DNA of 64,000 nt from Cytophagales bacterium (lineage in GTDB: Bacteria > Bacteroidota > Bacteroidia > Cytophagales > JAAEPT01): positions 13,729 through 77,728 of the forward strand of contig JAYVIQ010000106.1 of NCBI GenBank assembly GCA_043770215.1, in the 5' to 3' direction. Position 1 is the first letter of the stretch. The number at the start of each line of letters is the position of its first letter. The notes under the pieces are model-generated. The model searched no databases. It was not told where the DNA came from and worked only from the letters and a program-made list of their open reading frames with translations. Below are positions 38,959 to 48,888 of the stretch, piece by piece. Position numbers and translations under genes: made by a program.

Positions 38959-39996
38959 TTAAGAAACAGTAGCGCCACCACAACTAGATCCAGCTCCTGC
39001 TGTACAACCAAAACAATGTTTTTTTACTATTATATGCCTTTGTTCATGTTGTTTACAATCAAAATCTTTTACGTGATTATTGCTTTTGATTTTTAAATCC
39101 AACATTTGATTAAAATCGCAATCATACAAATATCCATCCCAAGAAACAGAAACCATTGTTCTACACATAACATTTGATACAGAACTTGGGTTAAAGGCAT
39201 CTATTAAATCCTGCACATAGCTTTGGTATTGATTATTATCTACTAAATATTCTAAAAATCTACTTACCGGTAAATTTGTTATAGCAAATAAATGATTGAA
39301 TCTGATGCCGTATTTTTCAAACAGTTTTGTTTTAAATTCTTTTTCTAGCCCTTCTTGGTCACCGGGCAAAAAAGTACCTGTAGGATTATACACCAAATTT
39401 AGCGTTAGGTTGTTTTCTATCCCATACCCAACGTTGTTTAATAGTTTTAAGGCTTCTATGCTTTGTTCAAAAACACCTTTGCCTCTTTGTGCATCTGTTC
39501 TTATGGCAGTAAAATACGGCAAAGAAGAAACTACTTCTACTTTATTGGCTTTAAAAAATTCTGGTAAATCATTGTATTTTTTATTGGCCAATAGTATCGT
39601 CAAATTGCATCTAACAATGATCTTTTTTCCTAAAGAAGACAAACGCTCTACAAACCACCTAAAATTTGGGTTCATTTCAGGAGCACCCCCAGTTAAGTCC
39701 ACTGTACTTATGGTAGAGTTTTCTAATGCAGTTAAACAAAACTGCATGGTTTCTAAGGTCATTATTTCTTTTCTGTCTGGGCCAGCATCTACATGACAAT
39801 GTTTACAAACTTGGTTGCACATTTTCCCCAAATTGATTTGCAAAACATCAATCTTAGCTGCTTTTAGCGGAAAATGATTGTGTTCTTTTAACTTTGACTC
39901 AAAAAATGGGAGTGCATCCACAGCATTTAAAAGAGCCAGTTGGTTCTCTACCTTGGACAAATTGTGCGCTCTTTTTTGTAATGAAGTCTGCACCAT
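38959..39996 (-). CDS. arsS: Arsenosugar-biosynthesis-type radical SAM protein (radical SAM/Cys-rich family)
   Basis: Radical SAM motif CNQVCKHCHVDAGP and a Cys-rich C-terminus CFGCTAGAGSSCGG, the position that is Sec or Cys in this family. Confidence 0.8.
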   Translation of the reverse strand: MVQTSLQKRAHNLSKVENQLALLNAVDALPFFESKLKEHNHFPLKAAKIDVLQINLGKMCNQVCKHCHVDAGPDRKEIMTLETMQFCLTALENSTISTVDLTGGAPEMNPNFRWFVERLSSLGKKIIVRCNLTILLANKKYNDLPEFFKANKVEVVSSLPYFTAIRTDAQRGKGVFEQSIEALKLLNNVGYGIENNLTLNLVYNPTGTFLPGDQEGLEKEFKTKLFEKYGIRFNHLFAITNLPVSRFLEYLVDNNQYQSYVQDLIDAFNPSSVSNVMCRTMVSVSWDGYLYDCDFNQMLDLKIKSNNHVKDFDCKQHEQRHIIVKKHCFGCTAGAGSSCGGATVS

Positions 39997-40325
39997 TACA
40001 TCAATAAACTTTTGGTTTTATTCATCATTTGTACTCCATGAACTAAAGTCACGCCACTTCTTATTGCAGCTGCTACATGTATGGCCTCCATCATTTGCTC
40101 TTCATCTGCTCCTTTTTTTAGGCAATCTGCCGTATATGCATCTATGCAATAAGGGCATTTTTCTGCATGAGAAACTGCCAATGCAATTAAAGCCTTTTCT
40201 CTAGCAGTGAGCGCTCCTTCTTTAAAAACAGCACCATAGTAGTCAAAATACTTATCGCCAAGTTCTTTTTGAAATTCTGTAATGTCTCCAAATTTTTTTA
40301 AATCTTCTGGATTATAATAACTCAT
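39996..40325 (-). CDS. AhpD/carboxymuconolactone-decarboxylase-like protein (arsenosugar-associated peroxidase-like family)
   Basis: 109 aa with the CPYC motif (AEKCPYCIDAY). The stop overlaps the arsS start by 1 nt. Confidence 0.75.
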   Translation of the reverse strand: MSYYNPEDLKKFGDITEFQKELGDKYFDYYGAVFKEGALTAREKALIALAVSHAEKCPYCIDAYTADCLKKGADEEQMMEAIHVAAAIRSGVTLVHGVQMMNKTKSLLM

Positions 40326-40369
40326 ACCTTTTGTTTTATGTAATTTAAAATTAGACCAATTTAGAGAAT

Positions 40370-40394
40370 ATATTTGTCTTTTTTAGACAAGTAT
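40370..40394. promoter_or_regulatory. Candidate operator palindrome upstream of the AhpD-like/arsS operon
   Basis: ATATTTGTCT-TTTTT-AGACAAGTAT, 9 of 10 positions inverted repeat, 45-70 bp upstream of the start at 40325. Confidence 0.3.
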
Positions 40395-40460
40395 ACGCAT
40401 TATTGGACACTAAAAGGGAAAGAAAAAAATGTATGTGTGTTGTAAAATAAAGAGATTACA

Positions 40461-40488
40461 GGCTAAAGGTGTACACATACCTTTAGCC
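40461..40488 (-). terminator. Hairpin downstream of aspS
   Basis: GGCTAAAGGT-GTACACAT-ACCTTTAGCC, a perfect 10-bp stem. The downstream U-tract on the minus strand is weak. Confidence 0.5.
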
Positions 40489-40566
40489 CAAATTTCACTT
40501 TTTATTTTGTACTAAAAAATAGAATTTCTCTCTCTTATATTTGGTGAGGCGAACTCATCTAGCTTA

Positions 40567-42321
40567 TTAATCTAGAATTTTTATGTCTAAACTCAACTCT
40601 TGTAGCTGATGAGCATCTATTCTAGCTGGAGCATCTATCATTACGTCTCTGCCACTATTGTTTTTTGGGAATGCTATATAATCTCTAATAGAATCTGATC
40701 CACCAAAAAGTGTACATAGCCTATCCAATCCAAAAGCCAAACCGCCGTGAGGTGGTGCACCATATTCAAAGGCATCCATTAAAAACCCAAACTGTTCTTT
40801 GGCTTGCTCATCTGTAAATCCTAGATATTTAAACATTAGCGCTTGTGTTGCTTTGTCATGTATTCTTATAGATCCTCCGCCAACTTCCACTCCATTTATA
40901 ACCAAGTCATAGGCATTTGCTCTAACAGATTTTGGGTCAGTTTCTAGCAGGTGCATATCTTCTGTTTTTGGAGATGTAAATGGGTGATGCATAGCATGGA
41001 AGCGTTTAGCATCTTCATCCCATTCCAACAAAGGAAAATCAAGTACCCAATGGCAAGAAAATACATCTTTGTCTCTAAGTCCAAGCTGATTGGCCAAATG
41101 CATTCTAAGGTCTGACAATTGTTTGCGCACAGCCTCTTGATCGCCAGATAAAACCAACATTAAGTCTCCTTTTTCTGCTTCAAATGCTTTGGTCCAAAGC
41201 GTTAAATCTTCTTCTGAATAAAATTTATCTACAGATGATTTTATAGTTCCGTCTTCATTATACTTACACCATACTAACCCTTTGGCCCCAACCTGAGGTC
41301 GTTTTACAAAATCAGTAAGCTCATCCAATTGTTTCCTAGTGTATTCTGCTTTTTGTTTTACACAGATACCCACTACCAGTTCAGCAGTATCAAAAACAAC
41401 AAAGCCTTTATTTTTTGCTACTTCATTTAGTTCTACAAACTTCATGTCGAACCGAATATCTGGCTTATCACTTCCATAATATTTCACGGCGTGTGCGTAG
41501 CTCATTCTTGGCACTTCATGAATATCAATGCCCTTTACTTGCTTAAACAAATGCTTTATCATACCCTCAAAAATAGTAAGGATGTCTTCTTGTTCTACAA
41601 AAGAAAGCTCGCAATCTATTTGTGTAAACTCTGGTTGTCTGTCTGCTCTCAGATCTTCGTCTCTAAAACATTTTACAATTTGGTAATAGCGGTCAAAACC
41701 ACTTACCATAAGCAACTGTTTAAATGTTTGTGGAGACTGAGGAAGGGCATAAAACTGACCAGGATTCATTCTAGAAGGCACTACAAAGTCTCTTGCGCCT
41801 TCTGGTGTGCTTTTTATAAGGTAGGGGGTTTCTGTTTCTATAAACCCAAGCTCATCTAAATAACTGCGGGTAGCTTTAGTAACAGCATGCCTTAATTCTA
41901 GACCTTTTCTAACAGGGTTTCTTCTCAAATCTAAATATCTGTATTGCATTCTTAGATCTTCTCCACCATCTGTCTCATCATCTATAATAAAAGGAGGGAC
42001 TTTAGATGTGTTTAGTAAGTCTATTTTTGAGGGAGAAAGTTCTATTTCTCCAGTGATTAATTTATCATTTTTTGCGGCTCTAGCTACTACTTTTGCAGTT
42101 ACTTTGATCACATATTCTCTACCTAGGGTTTTTGCAAGCTGAATAATTTCTTGATCCACTTCGCCTTCTACTAGAGTTATTTGAGTAATGCCGTAGCGGT
42201 CTCGCAAATCTATCCAAACCAAAGAGCCTTTGTCTCTTACTTTATTTACCCAACCGCAAAGAATTACTTCTTTGTCTAGGTCTGCAAGCGTTAGTTCACC
42301 ACAAGTATGCGTACGTAACAT
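40567..42321 (-). CDS. aspS: Aspartate--tRNA ligase
   Basis: 584 aa. N-terminal OB fold, class II motifs ([27 protein letters not shown]) and QSPQ.FKQLLM. Confidence 0.95.
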   Translation of the reverse strand: MLRTHTCGELTLADLDKEVILCGWVNKVRDKGSLVWIDLRDRYGITQITLVEGEVDQEIIQLAKTLGREYVIKVTAKVVARAAKNDKLITGEIELSPSKIDLLNTSKVPPFIIDDETDGGEDLRMQYRYLDLRRNPVRKGLELRHAVTKATRSYLDELGFIETETPYLIKSTPEGARDFVVPSRMNPGQFYALPQSPQTFKQLLMVSGFDRYYQIVKCFRDEDLRADRQPEFTQIDCELSFVEQEDILTIFEGMIKHLFKQVKGIDIHEVPRMSYAHAVKYYGSDKPDIRFDMKFVELNEVAKNKGFVVFDTAELVVGICVKQKAEYTRKQLDELTDFVKRPQVGAKGLVWCKYNEDGTIKSSVDKFYSEEDLTLWTKAFEAEKGDLMLVLSGDQEAVRKQLSDLRMHLANQLGLRDKDVFSCHWVLDFPLLEWDEDAKRFHAMHHPFTSPKTEDMHLLETDPKSVRANAYDLVINGVEVGGGSIRIHDKATQALMFKYLGFTDEQAKEQFGFLMDAFEYGAPPHGGLAFGLDRLCTLFGGSDSIRDYIAFPKNNSGRDVMIDAPARIDAHQLQELSLDIKILD

Positions 42322-42685
42322 GATATTTAATATTTATATAATTTTGGGGCTATTTGCCTTCAGAACAAAGTTACCATAAGCCGGTTCATTTTCCAAAGTA
42401 CAAGGGTAAGTATCTCATTTCATTGCATTAGTTTGTCACTTGATTGAACCAAAGATTTATTAATTAACCAGTTGAAAATCAAAGTTTAAATTTCTTTTAT
42501 CAAGAAAAAAGAAACCAGAACAAAAAGGTTTATTTCCGCAAAATTACTTTATCAATTTAAAAAAGAAACTAAAAATATGTGCAAAATCAAAAAACAAAAG
42601 CGTAAATTTCAGAGCCAATAAGAATATTTTTAGAGAGTGTACGTTCTATTTGGAGGTTTTGTTGTAGAGAATAATTGAGTATAAA

Positions 42686-45610
42686 ATGAATGTTTCACCA
42701 AATGAACCATTTCAAATCATATATTCCTTGTACTTTCATGAGTATTTAGGAGATTTGTTTGAGTCCTATGTTGTACAAAAAAATGATGCTGGTAAACTAA
42801 CGTATAAGCATCAAAACATTAGCTATAAAAATGCTCAGGAATTTAAAGAAGGGTTAGATGACCTAGACTTTAAAATCATAAAACTGATGGATCAAATCCA
42901 GCAAGAAATCGTTTTTCATAAATTTAACAGCAAAAAAAATATAAAGCAGTCAGATTTTTTTCTTAAAATTTATGACAAAGAAAAAGGAGATGCTACTATA
43001 CAACGCCTTATAGATGAATACTTAGACAAAGTAAAAACAGAAATTCTGCCTTTGTTGGTAGGCAAAGAGGTTTTTATTATGGGCAATGACGGCGAACCTG
43101 CTTGGAAAAAAGTAGAGGTGAGCGAAGATCCTGCCTCTATATTGTTTCACTTTATGCGCAACGAAGATAACACACATTATTTTCCAACCATAAAGCATAG
43201 AGGAGAAAAAATTGAATTTCAATACAACAATTCACAACTAATAAGCAAACACCCAGCTTGGCTTTTGGTTGGAGAGGATAAGATAATTCAGTTTGAAAAA
43301 AACATGGATGGCAATAAAATAAAGCCATTTTTAAATAAGAAATTTATTGTTGTACCAAAATCCATAGAATTAGATTATTACTCTAAATTTATTACCCAAA
43401 TTGTGGCCAATTATGATGTACATGCTAAGGGATTTATAATAAAAGACGAGGTATTAGATGCAAAACCAGTACTTACTTTTAGAGAATTAGAAGAAGTTCA
43501 GTCTGAGTTATTTACTGCAAATGCTACAGAAGTTACAGAAGCCAAAATTGTTTTCGATTTAAGTTTTGATTATGGTGAGTTTAAGTTTCCGGCAGATGGA
43601 AATACAGCCAATAGTGTAAAAATGGAGAAAACAGAAGATAGCTTTATTTTTCATAAAGTTAGAAGAAAAGCGTCTTGGGAGTTAGAACAAATAAATAAGC
43701 TAGACAAAACAGGTTTGTCTATTAAATTTGGTAAAGCACTATTGCCAATAAACAGAGCTTTTGGTTGGATCTCTAGTTATAGAGATGAATTTGAAAAACA
43801 AGGGTTTATTATAAAGCAGCGCAGTACTGGGCAAAGAAGGTATTTTATAGGTACTAGCAGCATAAATATAGAAGTCAAAGAAAACAATGACTGGTTTGAT
43901 GTATATGCGATAGTTAAATTTGGAAACTATGAAATTCCTTTTTTAAAACTACGGAATTTAATCATTAAAAATAAAAGAGAATTTGAGCTTCCAAATGGAG
44001 AAATTGCTGTAATACCAGAAGAGTGGCTTGTAAAATACAATGAGCTTTTGGCACTTTCAGAAGAAAGTGATGGAGAACTAGGGTTGAAATTAAAAAAACA
44101 TCATTTAGCCCTTATTCATGAATTACACCAAGACGGCATCTCTAAAGTATCTTTTGATAAAAAACTCCAAAAGCTAAACGAGTTTGAAACAATAGACAAT
44201 TATGATTTGCCTGTAGGGTTTAAAGGAGATTTGAGAAATTACCAAAAAGCGGGCTACAATTGGATGCGATTCCTAAACGAATACAATTTTGGTGGGTGTC
44301 TAGCAGACGATATGGGTCTTGGTAAAACAGTGCAAACTTTAGCGTTGTTGCAACACAGAAAAGAATTAGGTTTACACACAACATCTCTTTTGGTAATGCC
44401 CACTTCTCTGGTATATAACTGGGAAAAAGAAGCAGCAAAGTTTACACCAGAACTTAAGATTTTGGTTTATACGGGAACGTATAGAGATAAAAACATAGAG
44501 GAGTTTGAGCATTATGATTTAGTACTTACTTCTTATGGAATTGTACGGTTAGATTTTGAATTGCTTAAAAATTTCTATTTCGATTATATAATTTTAGATG
44601 AGAGCCAGTCTATAAAAAACCCAGACTCACATATCTCTCATGCTGTGAAAGAATTAAAATCCAGGCATAAATTGATTCTTACGGGTACACCTATAGAAAA
44701 TTCTACCATGGATTTGTGGTCTCAAATGTCTTTTATAAATGAAGGATTGTTAGGGACGTATAAATTTTTTAAGAAAAACTTCTTAAAACCCATAGAGAAA
44801 TCTAAGGATGTTGCCAAAGTTAAAAAGCTGTATGCCATTATAAAACCATTTATTTTAAGAAGGAATAAAGGGCAGGTACTTACAGAGCTGCCTCCAAAAA
44901 TAGAGCAGATTTTGTATTGCGACATGACAGCAGAACAGGAAAAAAGATACGAAGAGGTAAAATCTTTTTATAGAAATAAAATTCTTGAAGAAATAGACTC
45001 CGAAGGTCCAAAAAACTCACAATTTACACTTTTACAAGGACTTACCAAGCTTAGGTTAATTGCTAATCACCCATCTATGGAAGATGAAACCTATGAATTT
45101 AAGTCTGGAAAAATGAAAGAAGTAATAGATACGTTAGAAAATGCATTGGCTGACCATCATAAAGTACTTATCTTTTCTCAATTTGTAAAACACCTAACTC
45201 TTTTCAAAAAAAGGCTAGACAAAAAGGGGATAAAGTACACGTATTTAGACGGATCTACCAAAGACAGACAAGCAGAGGTAGAAGAGTTTCAGAATAATGA
45301 AGAAATAAGGGTGTTTTTAATTTCTTTGAAAGCAGGTGGATTAGGTTTAAACCTTACAAAAGCAGATTATGTATTTATTTTAGATCCTTGGTGGAATCCA
45401 GCTATAGAATCTCAAGCTATTGATAGAGCCCATAGAATGGGACAGCAAAATGTAGTACACACATATAAGTTTATTACTAAAAATACTGTAGAAGAAAAAA
45501 TTATAAAAATGCAAGATGCCAAAAAGCAACTTGCACAAGATTTAATTTTTACAGAAGATAGTATTATGAAAAGTTTGTCTAAAGAAGATATTAGAGAGTT
45601 GTTAAGCTAA
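42686..45610 (+). CDS. SNF2-family helicase/ATPase with a long uncharacterised N-terminal region
   Basis: Motif I DDMGLGKT, motif II DESQSIKN, C-terminal helicase domain (QAIDRAHRMGQ). About 500 aa precede motif I. Confidence 0.85.
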   Translation: MNVSPNEPFQIIYSLYFHEYLGDLFESYVVQKNDAGKLTYKHQNISYKNAQEFKEGLDDLDFKIIKLMDQIQQEIVFHKFNSKKNIKQSDFFLKIYDKEKGDATIQRLIDEYLDKVKTEILPLLVGKEVFIMGNDGEPAWKKVEVSEDPASILFHFMRNEDNTHYFPTIKHRGEKIEFQYNNSQLISKHPAWLLVGEDKIIQFEKNMDGNKIKPFLNKKFIVVPKSIELDYYSKFITQIVANYDVHAKGFIIKDEVLDAKPVLTFRELEEVQSELFTANATEVTEAKIVFDLSFDYGEFKFPADGNTANSVKMEKTEDSFIFHKVRRKASWELEQINKLDKTGLSIKFGKALLPINRAFGWISSYRDEFEKQGFIIKQRSTGQRRYFIGTSSINIEVKENNDWFDVYAIVKFGNYEIPFLKLRNLIIKNKREFELPNGEIAVIPEEWLVKYNELLALSEESDGELGLKLKKHHLALIHELHQDGISKVSFDKKLQKLNEFETIDNYDLPVGFKGDLRNYQKAGYNWMRFLNEYNFGGCLADDMGLGKTVQTLALLQHRKELGLHTTSLLVMPTSLVYNWEKEAAKFTPELKILVYTGTYRDKNIEEFEHYDLVLTSYGIVRLDFELLKNFYFDYIILDESQSIKNPDSHISHAVKELKSRHKLILTGTPIENSTMDLWSQMSFINEGLLGTYKFFKKNFLKPIEKSKDVAKVKKLYAIIKPFILRRNKGQVLTELPPKIEQILYCDMTAEQEKRYEEVKSFYRNKILEEIDSEGPKNSQFTLLQGLTKLRLIANHPSMEDETYEFKSGKMKEVIDTLENALADHHKVLIFSQFVKHLTLFKKRLDKKGIKYTYLDGSTKDRQAEVEEFQNNEEIRVFLISLKAGGLGLNLTKADYVFILDPWWNPAIESQAIDRAHRMGQQNVVHTYKFITKNTVEEKIIKMQDAKKQLAQDLIFTEDSIMKSLSKEDIRELLS

Positions 45611-45674
45611 GTAAGAATATTTGTAATCACTCATTTGTTTTTCTTCTTACAATCAAATAGTCAGTCTTTAAGGT

Positions 45675-45715
45675 TTTATACAACATAATTTTTACAAAAA
45701 ATCATGTTGTATAAA
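45675..45715. terminator. Bidirectional terminator hairpin between the SNF2 gene (+) and prfA (-)
   Basis: TTTATACAACAT ... ATGTTGTATAAA, a perfect 12-bp stem with a 17-nt A/T loop. Confidence 0.55.
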
Positions 45716-45753
45716 CAAAGAGTAATTTTCAATACTTTGAATCAAAACAGATT

Positions 45754-46824
45754 TTATTCTTCCTCCTCAAGCATTTTTTCTGCATTGTCAGCAATTCTTA
45801 ATGCTTCAATAAAGTCTCCAACGTCTCCGTTAATAATATTTTCTAAATTGTAGACTGTTTTATTTATTCTATGGTCAGTAACTCTACCTTGAGGATAATT
45901 GTAGGTTCTTATTTTGTCAGATCTGTCTCCACTGCCTATCAATGATTTTCTGTGAGCACTAACTTCAGCTTGTTGCTTATTCATTTCAGTTTGATACAAT
46001 CTAGAACGTAACTCAGTGAGGGCAGAGGCGTAATTTTGATGTTGAGATCTACCATCTTGGCACTCTACTACTACTCCTGAAGGAAAGTGAGTTAATCGAA
46101 CCGCTGACTCAGTTTTATTTATATGTTGTCCGCCGGCTCCAGATGCTCTGTAGGTATCTTTTCTAATGTCAGACATATTTATCTGAAAATCAAATTCTTC
46201 TGCTTCAGGCAAAACAGCAATACTTGCAGCAGAGGTGTGAATTCTTCCTTGAGATTCTGTTGCGGGTACTCTTTGTACTCGGTGTACACCACTTTCGTAT
46301 TTAAGTCTACCGTAAGCATCTTCTCCTACAATACTTGCTACTATTTTACTATATCCTCCTGCTGTACCTTCTACGGCATCTGTTAGCGTAAATTTCAGAT
46401 TTGTTTTCTCGCAGTATCTTTGGTACATTCTTATTAAATCACCGGCAAAAATTGCGCTTTCATCTCCTCCAGCACCAGCTCTAATTTCTAAGATGACATT
46501 TTTATCATCCATTGGGTCCTTGGGAACCAATAGGACTTTGATTTCGTTTTCTACCTCTAAAATCTTCGGTTCTAATTCGTCAATTTCCATTTTGGCCATT
46601 TCTCTAAACTCTGGGTCTTTTTCTTTGCCAAGCATTTCTTTGGCATTGTTTAAGTTCCCAACCAAAAGGGAGTATTCATTGTACTTATCTACAATTTGTT
46701 TTAAGTCTTTAAACTCTTTGTTTAGTTTTGTGAATCTCTTAACGTCAGACACAACATCTGGCAGTGTAAGTGAATCTTGTACCTCCTCAAATCTTCTTTT
46801 TAATCCTTCTAACTTATCTAACAT
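45754..46824 (-). CDS. prfA: Peptide chain release factor 1
   Basis: RF1-type tripeptide PAT (RVPATESQGR) and the GGQ motif (SGAGGQHINKT). Confidence 0.95.
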   Translation of the reverse strand: MLDKLEGLKRRFEEVQDSLTLPDVVSDVKRFTKLNKEFKDLKQIVDKYNEYSLLVGNLNNAKEMLGKEKDPEFREMAKMEIDELEPKILEVENEIKVLLVPKDPMDDKNVILEIRAGAGGDESAIFAGDLIRMYQRYCEKTNLKFTLTDAVEGTAGGYSKIVASIVGEDAYGRLKYESGVHRVQRVPATESQGRIHTSAASIAVLPEAEEFDFQINMSDIRKDTYRASGAGGQHINKTESAVRLTHFPSGVVVECQDGRSQHQNYASALTELRSRLYQTEMNKQQAEVSAHRKSLIGSGDRSDKIRTYNYPQGRVTDHRINKTVYNLENIINGDVGDFIEALRIADNAEKMLEEEE

Positions 46825-47031
46825 ATCCTAAATTGCAATGAACTTACAAATATACTAAAGATAACCTAGTTTAGAAACTTGAGGGAAATAAACTAAATGT
46901 AAGAAATTGAGTTTAGCTTGGTTTTACAAACGTTAAAGAAAAGAAATTCCAAAATTGGTTTAGTTTAAAAGATTAAATTTTAGCCCTTGTCTAAAGCCAA
47001 ATAGAAATCGTGTGGTTTGTATCTTCTGGAA

Positions 47032-48087
47032 TTAAAACCATTTTTTTCGTCTAAAATACCAAACCATAAGCAAAGAAATAACTATAAATACGCCTATCAG
47101 AATAAAATATCCATATTTCCAATGTAGCTCTGGCATATTATCAAAATTCATACCGTACACACCAGCTAGAAAAGTGAGCGGAATAAATATGGTAGAAATG
47201 GTGGTTAAAATTTTCATTACTTGGTTCATTTTATAGCTTACATTGCTCATAAGTAAATCATGTAAACCATTTAATGTATCTCTGTAATTCTCAGAGGTAT
47301 CTAATACTTGAGATACGTGGTCTTGGACATCTCTAAGGTATACTCTTGTGCCTTCATTTATAAATGCGCTTTCTGATTTAGTGAATCTATTAATCAGCTC
47401 ACGCACAGGTACTACCATAGCTCTAAAGCTCAAAACCTCTCGTCTAATTCTGTGTATAGCCAGTTTTAATTTTGTGTCTTCATTGTTTATGAGTTTAGAT
47501 TCTAATTCCTGAATATGAACGTCCAAAGATTCTATGGTTTCGAAATAATTGTCTACCAATACATCTATAATTGCAAATGCTAAATAATCTGTGCCTTTAG
47601 CCCTTAGTTTGCCTTTAGAGTTTTCTATTCTGGCTTGTATGGTATGCAATAAATCAGTTTCGTACTCTTGAAATGAAATAAGTGTATTGGCATTAAAAAA
47701 AATAGAGACCTGTTGGCTGGTAATTCTTTTGCTTATTTTATTGAATTCAAGGGCTTTAAAAGTAAGGAAAATACCATTTTCAAAATCTTCAAATTTAGGC
47801 CTCTGAAACACTTCTACAATATCTTCTAATATAAGATTATGAATACTAAAAGAATTGCCTATTTTTTTTATAAATTCAACATCGTGTAAGCCCCTAACAT
47901 CATACCATTGCACATAACCCTCTTCTACAGATGTTAAATTTCTATTGTCCGAACTCTTAAAAGTTTCTTTTTTTATGGAGTTTAGGTTGTAAGCTAAGGC
48001 ATGAATTTCTACCGTTTGCCCTTTGTTAGAACCTGTGTAAATAACAGAGCCTGGTGGCAGTCCTTTTTTAAGTTTATTTCTAGCCAT
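47032..48087 (-). CDS. corA: Magnesium/cobalt transporter CorA
   Basis: C-terminal two TMs with the GMN motif (GVYGMNF). Confidence 0.9.
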   Translation of the reverse strand: MARNKLKKGLPPGSVIYTGSNKGQTVEIHALAYNLNSIKKETFKSSDNRNLTSVEEGYVQWYDVRGLHDVEFIKKIGNSFSIHNLILEDIVEVFQRPKFEDFENGIFLTFKALEFNKISKRITSQQVSIFFNANTLISFQEYETDLLHTIQARIENSKGKLRAKGTDYLAFAIIDVLVDNYFETIESLDVHIQELESKLINNEDTKLKLAIHRIRREVLSFRAMVVPVRELINRFTKSESAFINEGTRVYLRDVQDHVSQVLDTSENYRDTLNGLHDLLMSNVSYKMNQVMKILTTISTIFIPLTFLAGVYGMNFDNMPELHWKYGYFILIGVFIVISLLMVWYFRRKKWF

Positions 48088-48135
48088 GGTACAAAAAGTT
48101 AACGAATAATCTGTTTAGAATTACAAAATCAGTTG

Positions 48136-48888
48136 TTAGTTCAATTGTTCTTTTAGTTTATTTTCTATTATTTTTTCGTCTAGCAAAGAATCTGATGTTA
48201 AAACAGTTAAAAATTCTTGGGCAGCTTTGGCAAAAATTGTTTTAGCGTATTGTTCGTTAGCCATAAATTGAACTAAAGCTTCTTCTTTTTGCTTTGGGTC
48301 TGTTTTAGAAATAATGTTGTTGTATATTTGAGCGGTTTCAATGGCTATTGGATCATTGGCTATGGCGTTTTCTCCTTTTATATAGCCGGTGCTTCTTTTG
48401 TTTTTAGTAATATACGCGTGAAAATCACCAATTTTTTCGTTTTTGATAACGATAAGCTCGCCTAGATCAAAACTTTTTTCTGTAATTGTCAATGGATCTG
48501 GTGCAGCATAGGTACTTACTTTGTTAGTTACTACCCAAACTTGCGAATTTTCTGATACTTTATTGGCACTTACCCAACCTGTTTCTCCCTCGGCAATTTT
48601 GGCTTGGTAGTATTTTTTGTTGTTTATGGTAGTGTCTGCAAGGTAGTGTAGTTCACGTCCATAGCTGAGTGTTTTTAGCCATTTTGCTTTGGCATTTGGG
48701 TTGTCTAGCAATGATACTTTTTCAAAAAGACAAATGAGGTTTTTAGAGACAGCAACGCTGTCTTGGCTAGAAAGTGAGTCTAAAGAAGTGTTTCCGCCAT
48801 CTTTAGGCATTAAATCTTCTCCTGTTTTGGTGTCAGAACACGTATAAAATACAGATGATAAGATTAAAATAAGGCTTATATTTTTCAT
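48136..48888 (-). CDS. Hypothetical lipoprotein
   Basis: Lipobox (SSVFYTCSD). 250 aa. The upstream gene's stop overlaps its start by 4 nt. Confidence 0.45.
   Translation of the reverse strand: MKNISLILILSSVFYTCSDTKTGEDLMPKDGGNTSLDSLSSQDSVAVSKNLICLFEKVSLLDNPNAKAKWLKTLSYGRELHYLADTTINNKKYYQAKIAEGETGWVSANKVSENSQVWVVTNKVSTYAAPDPLTITEKSFDLGELIVIKNEKIGDFHAYITKNKRSTGYIKGENAIANDPIAIETAQIYNNIISKTDPKQKEEALVQFMANEQYAKTIFAKAAQEFLTVLTSDSLLDEKIIENKLKEQLN

Noticed and set aside
39296-40204. 166-aa and 108-aa + strand ORFs overlapping arsS and the AhpD-like gene.
   Set aside because: Antisense to two genes with clear family motifs. The translations look like codon-complement artefacts.
41491-41859. 122-aa + strand ORF inside aspS.
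   Set aside because: Antisense to an unambiguous aspartyl-tRNA synthetase.
42686-45610. The SNF2 helicase as part of a phage-defence system (DISARM- or BREX-like).
   Set aside because: No methyltransferase, nuclease, PLD, DUF1998 or other partner genes are adjacent. The flanks are aspS and prfA.
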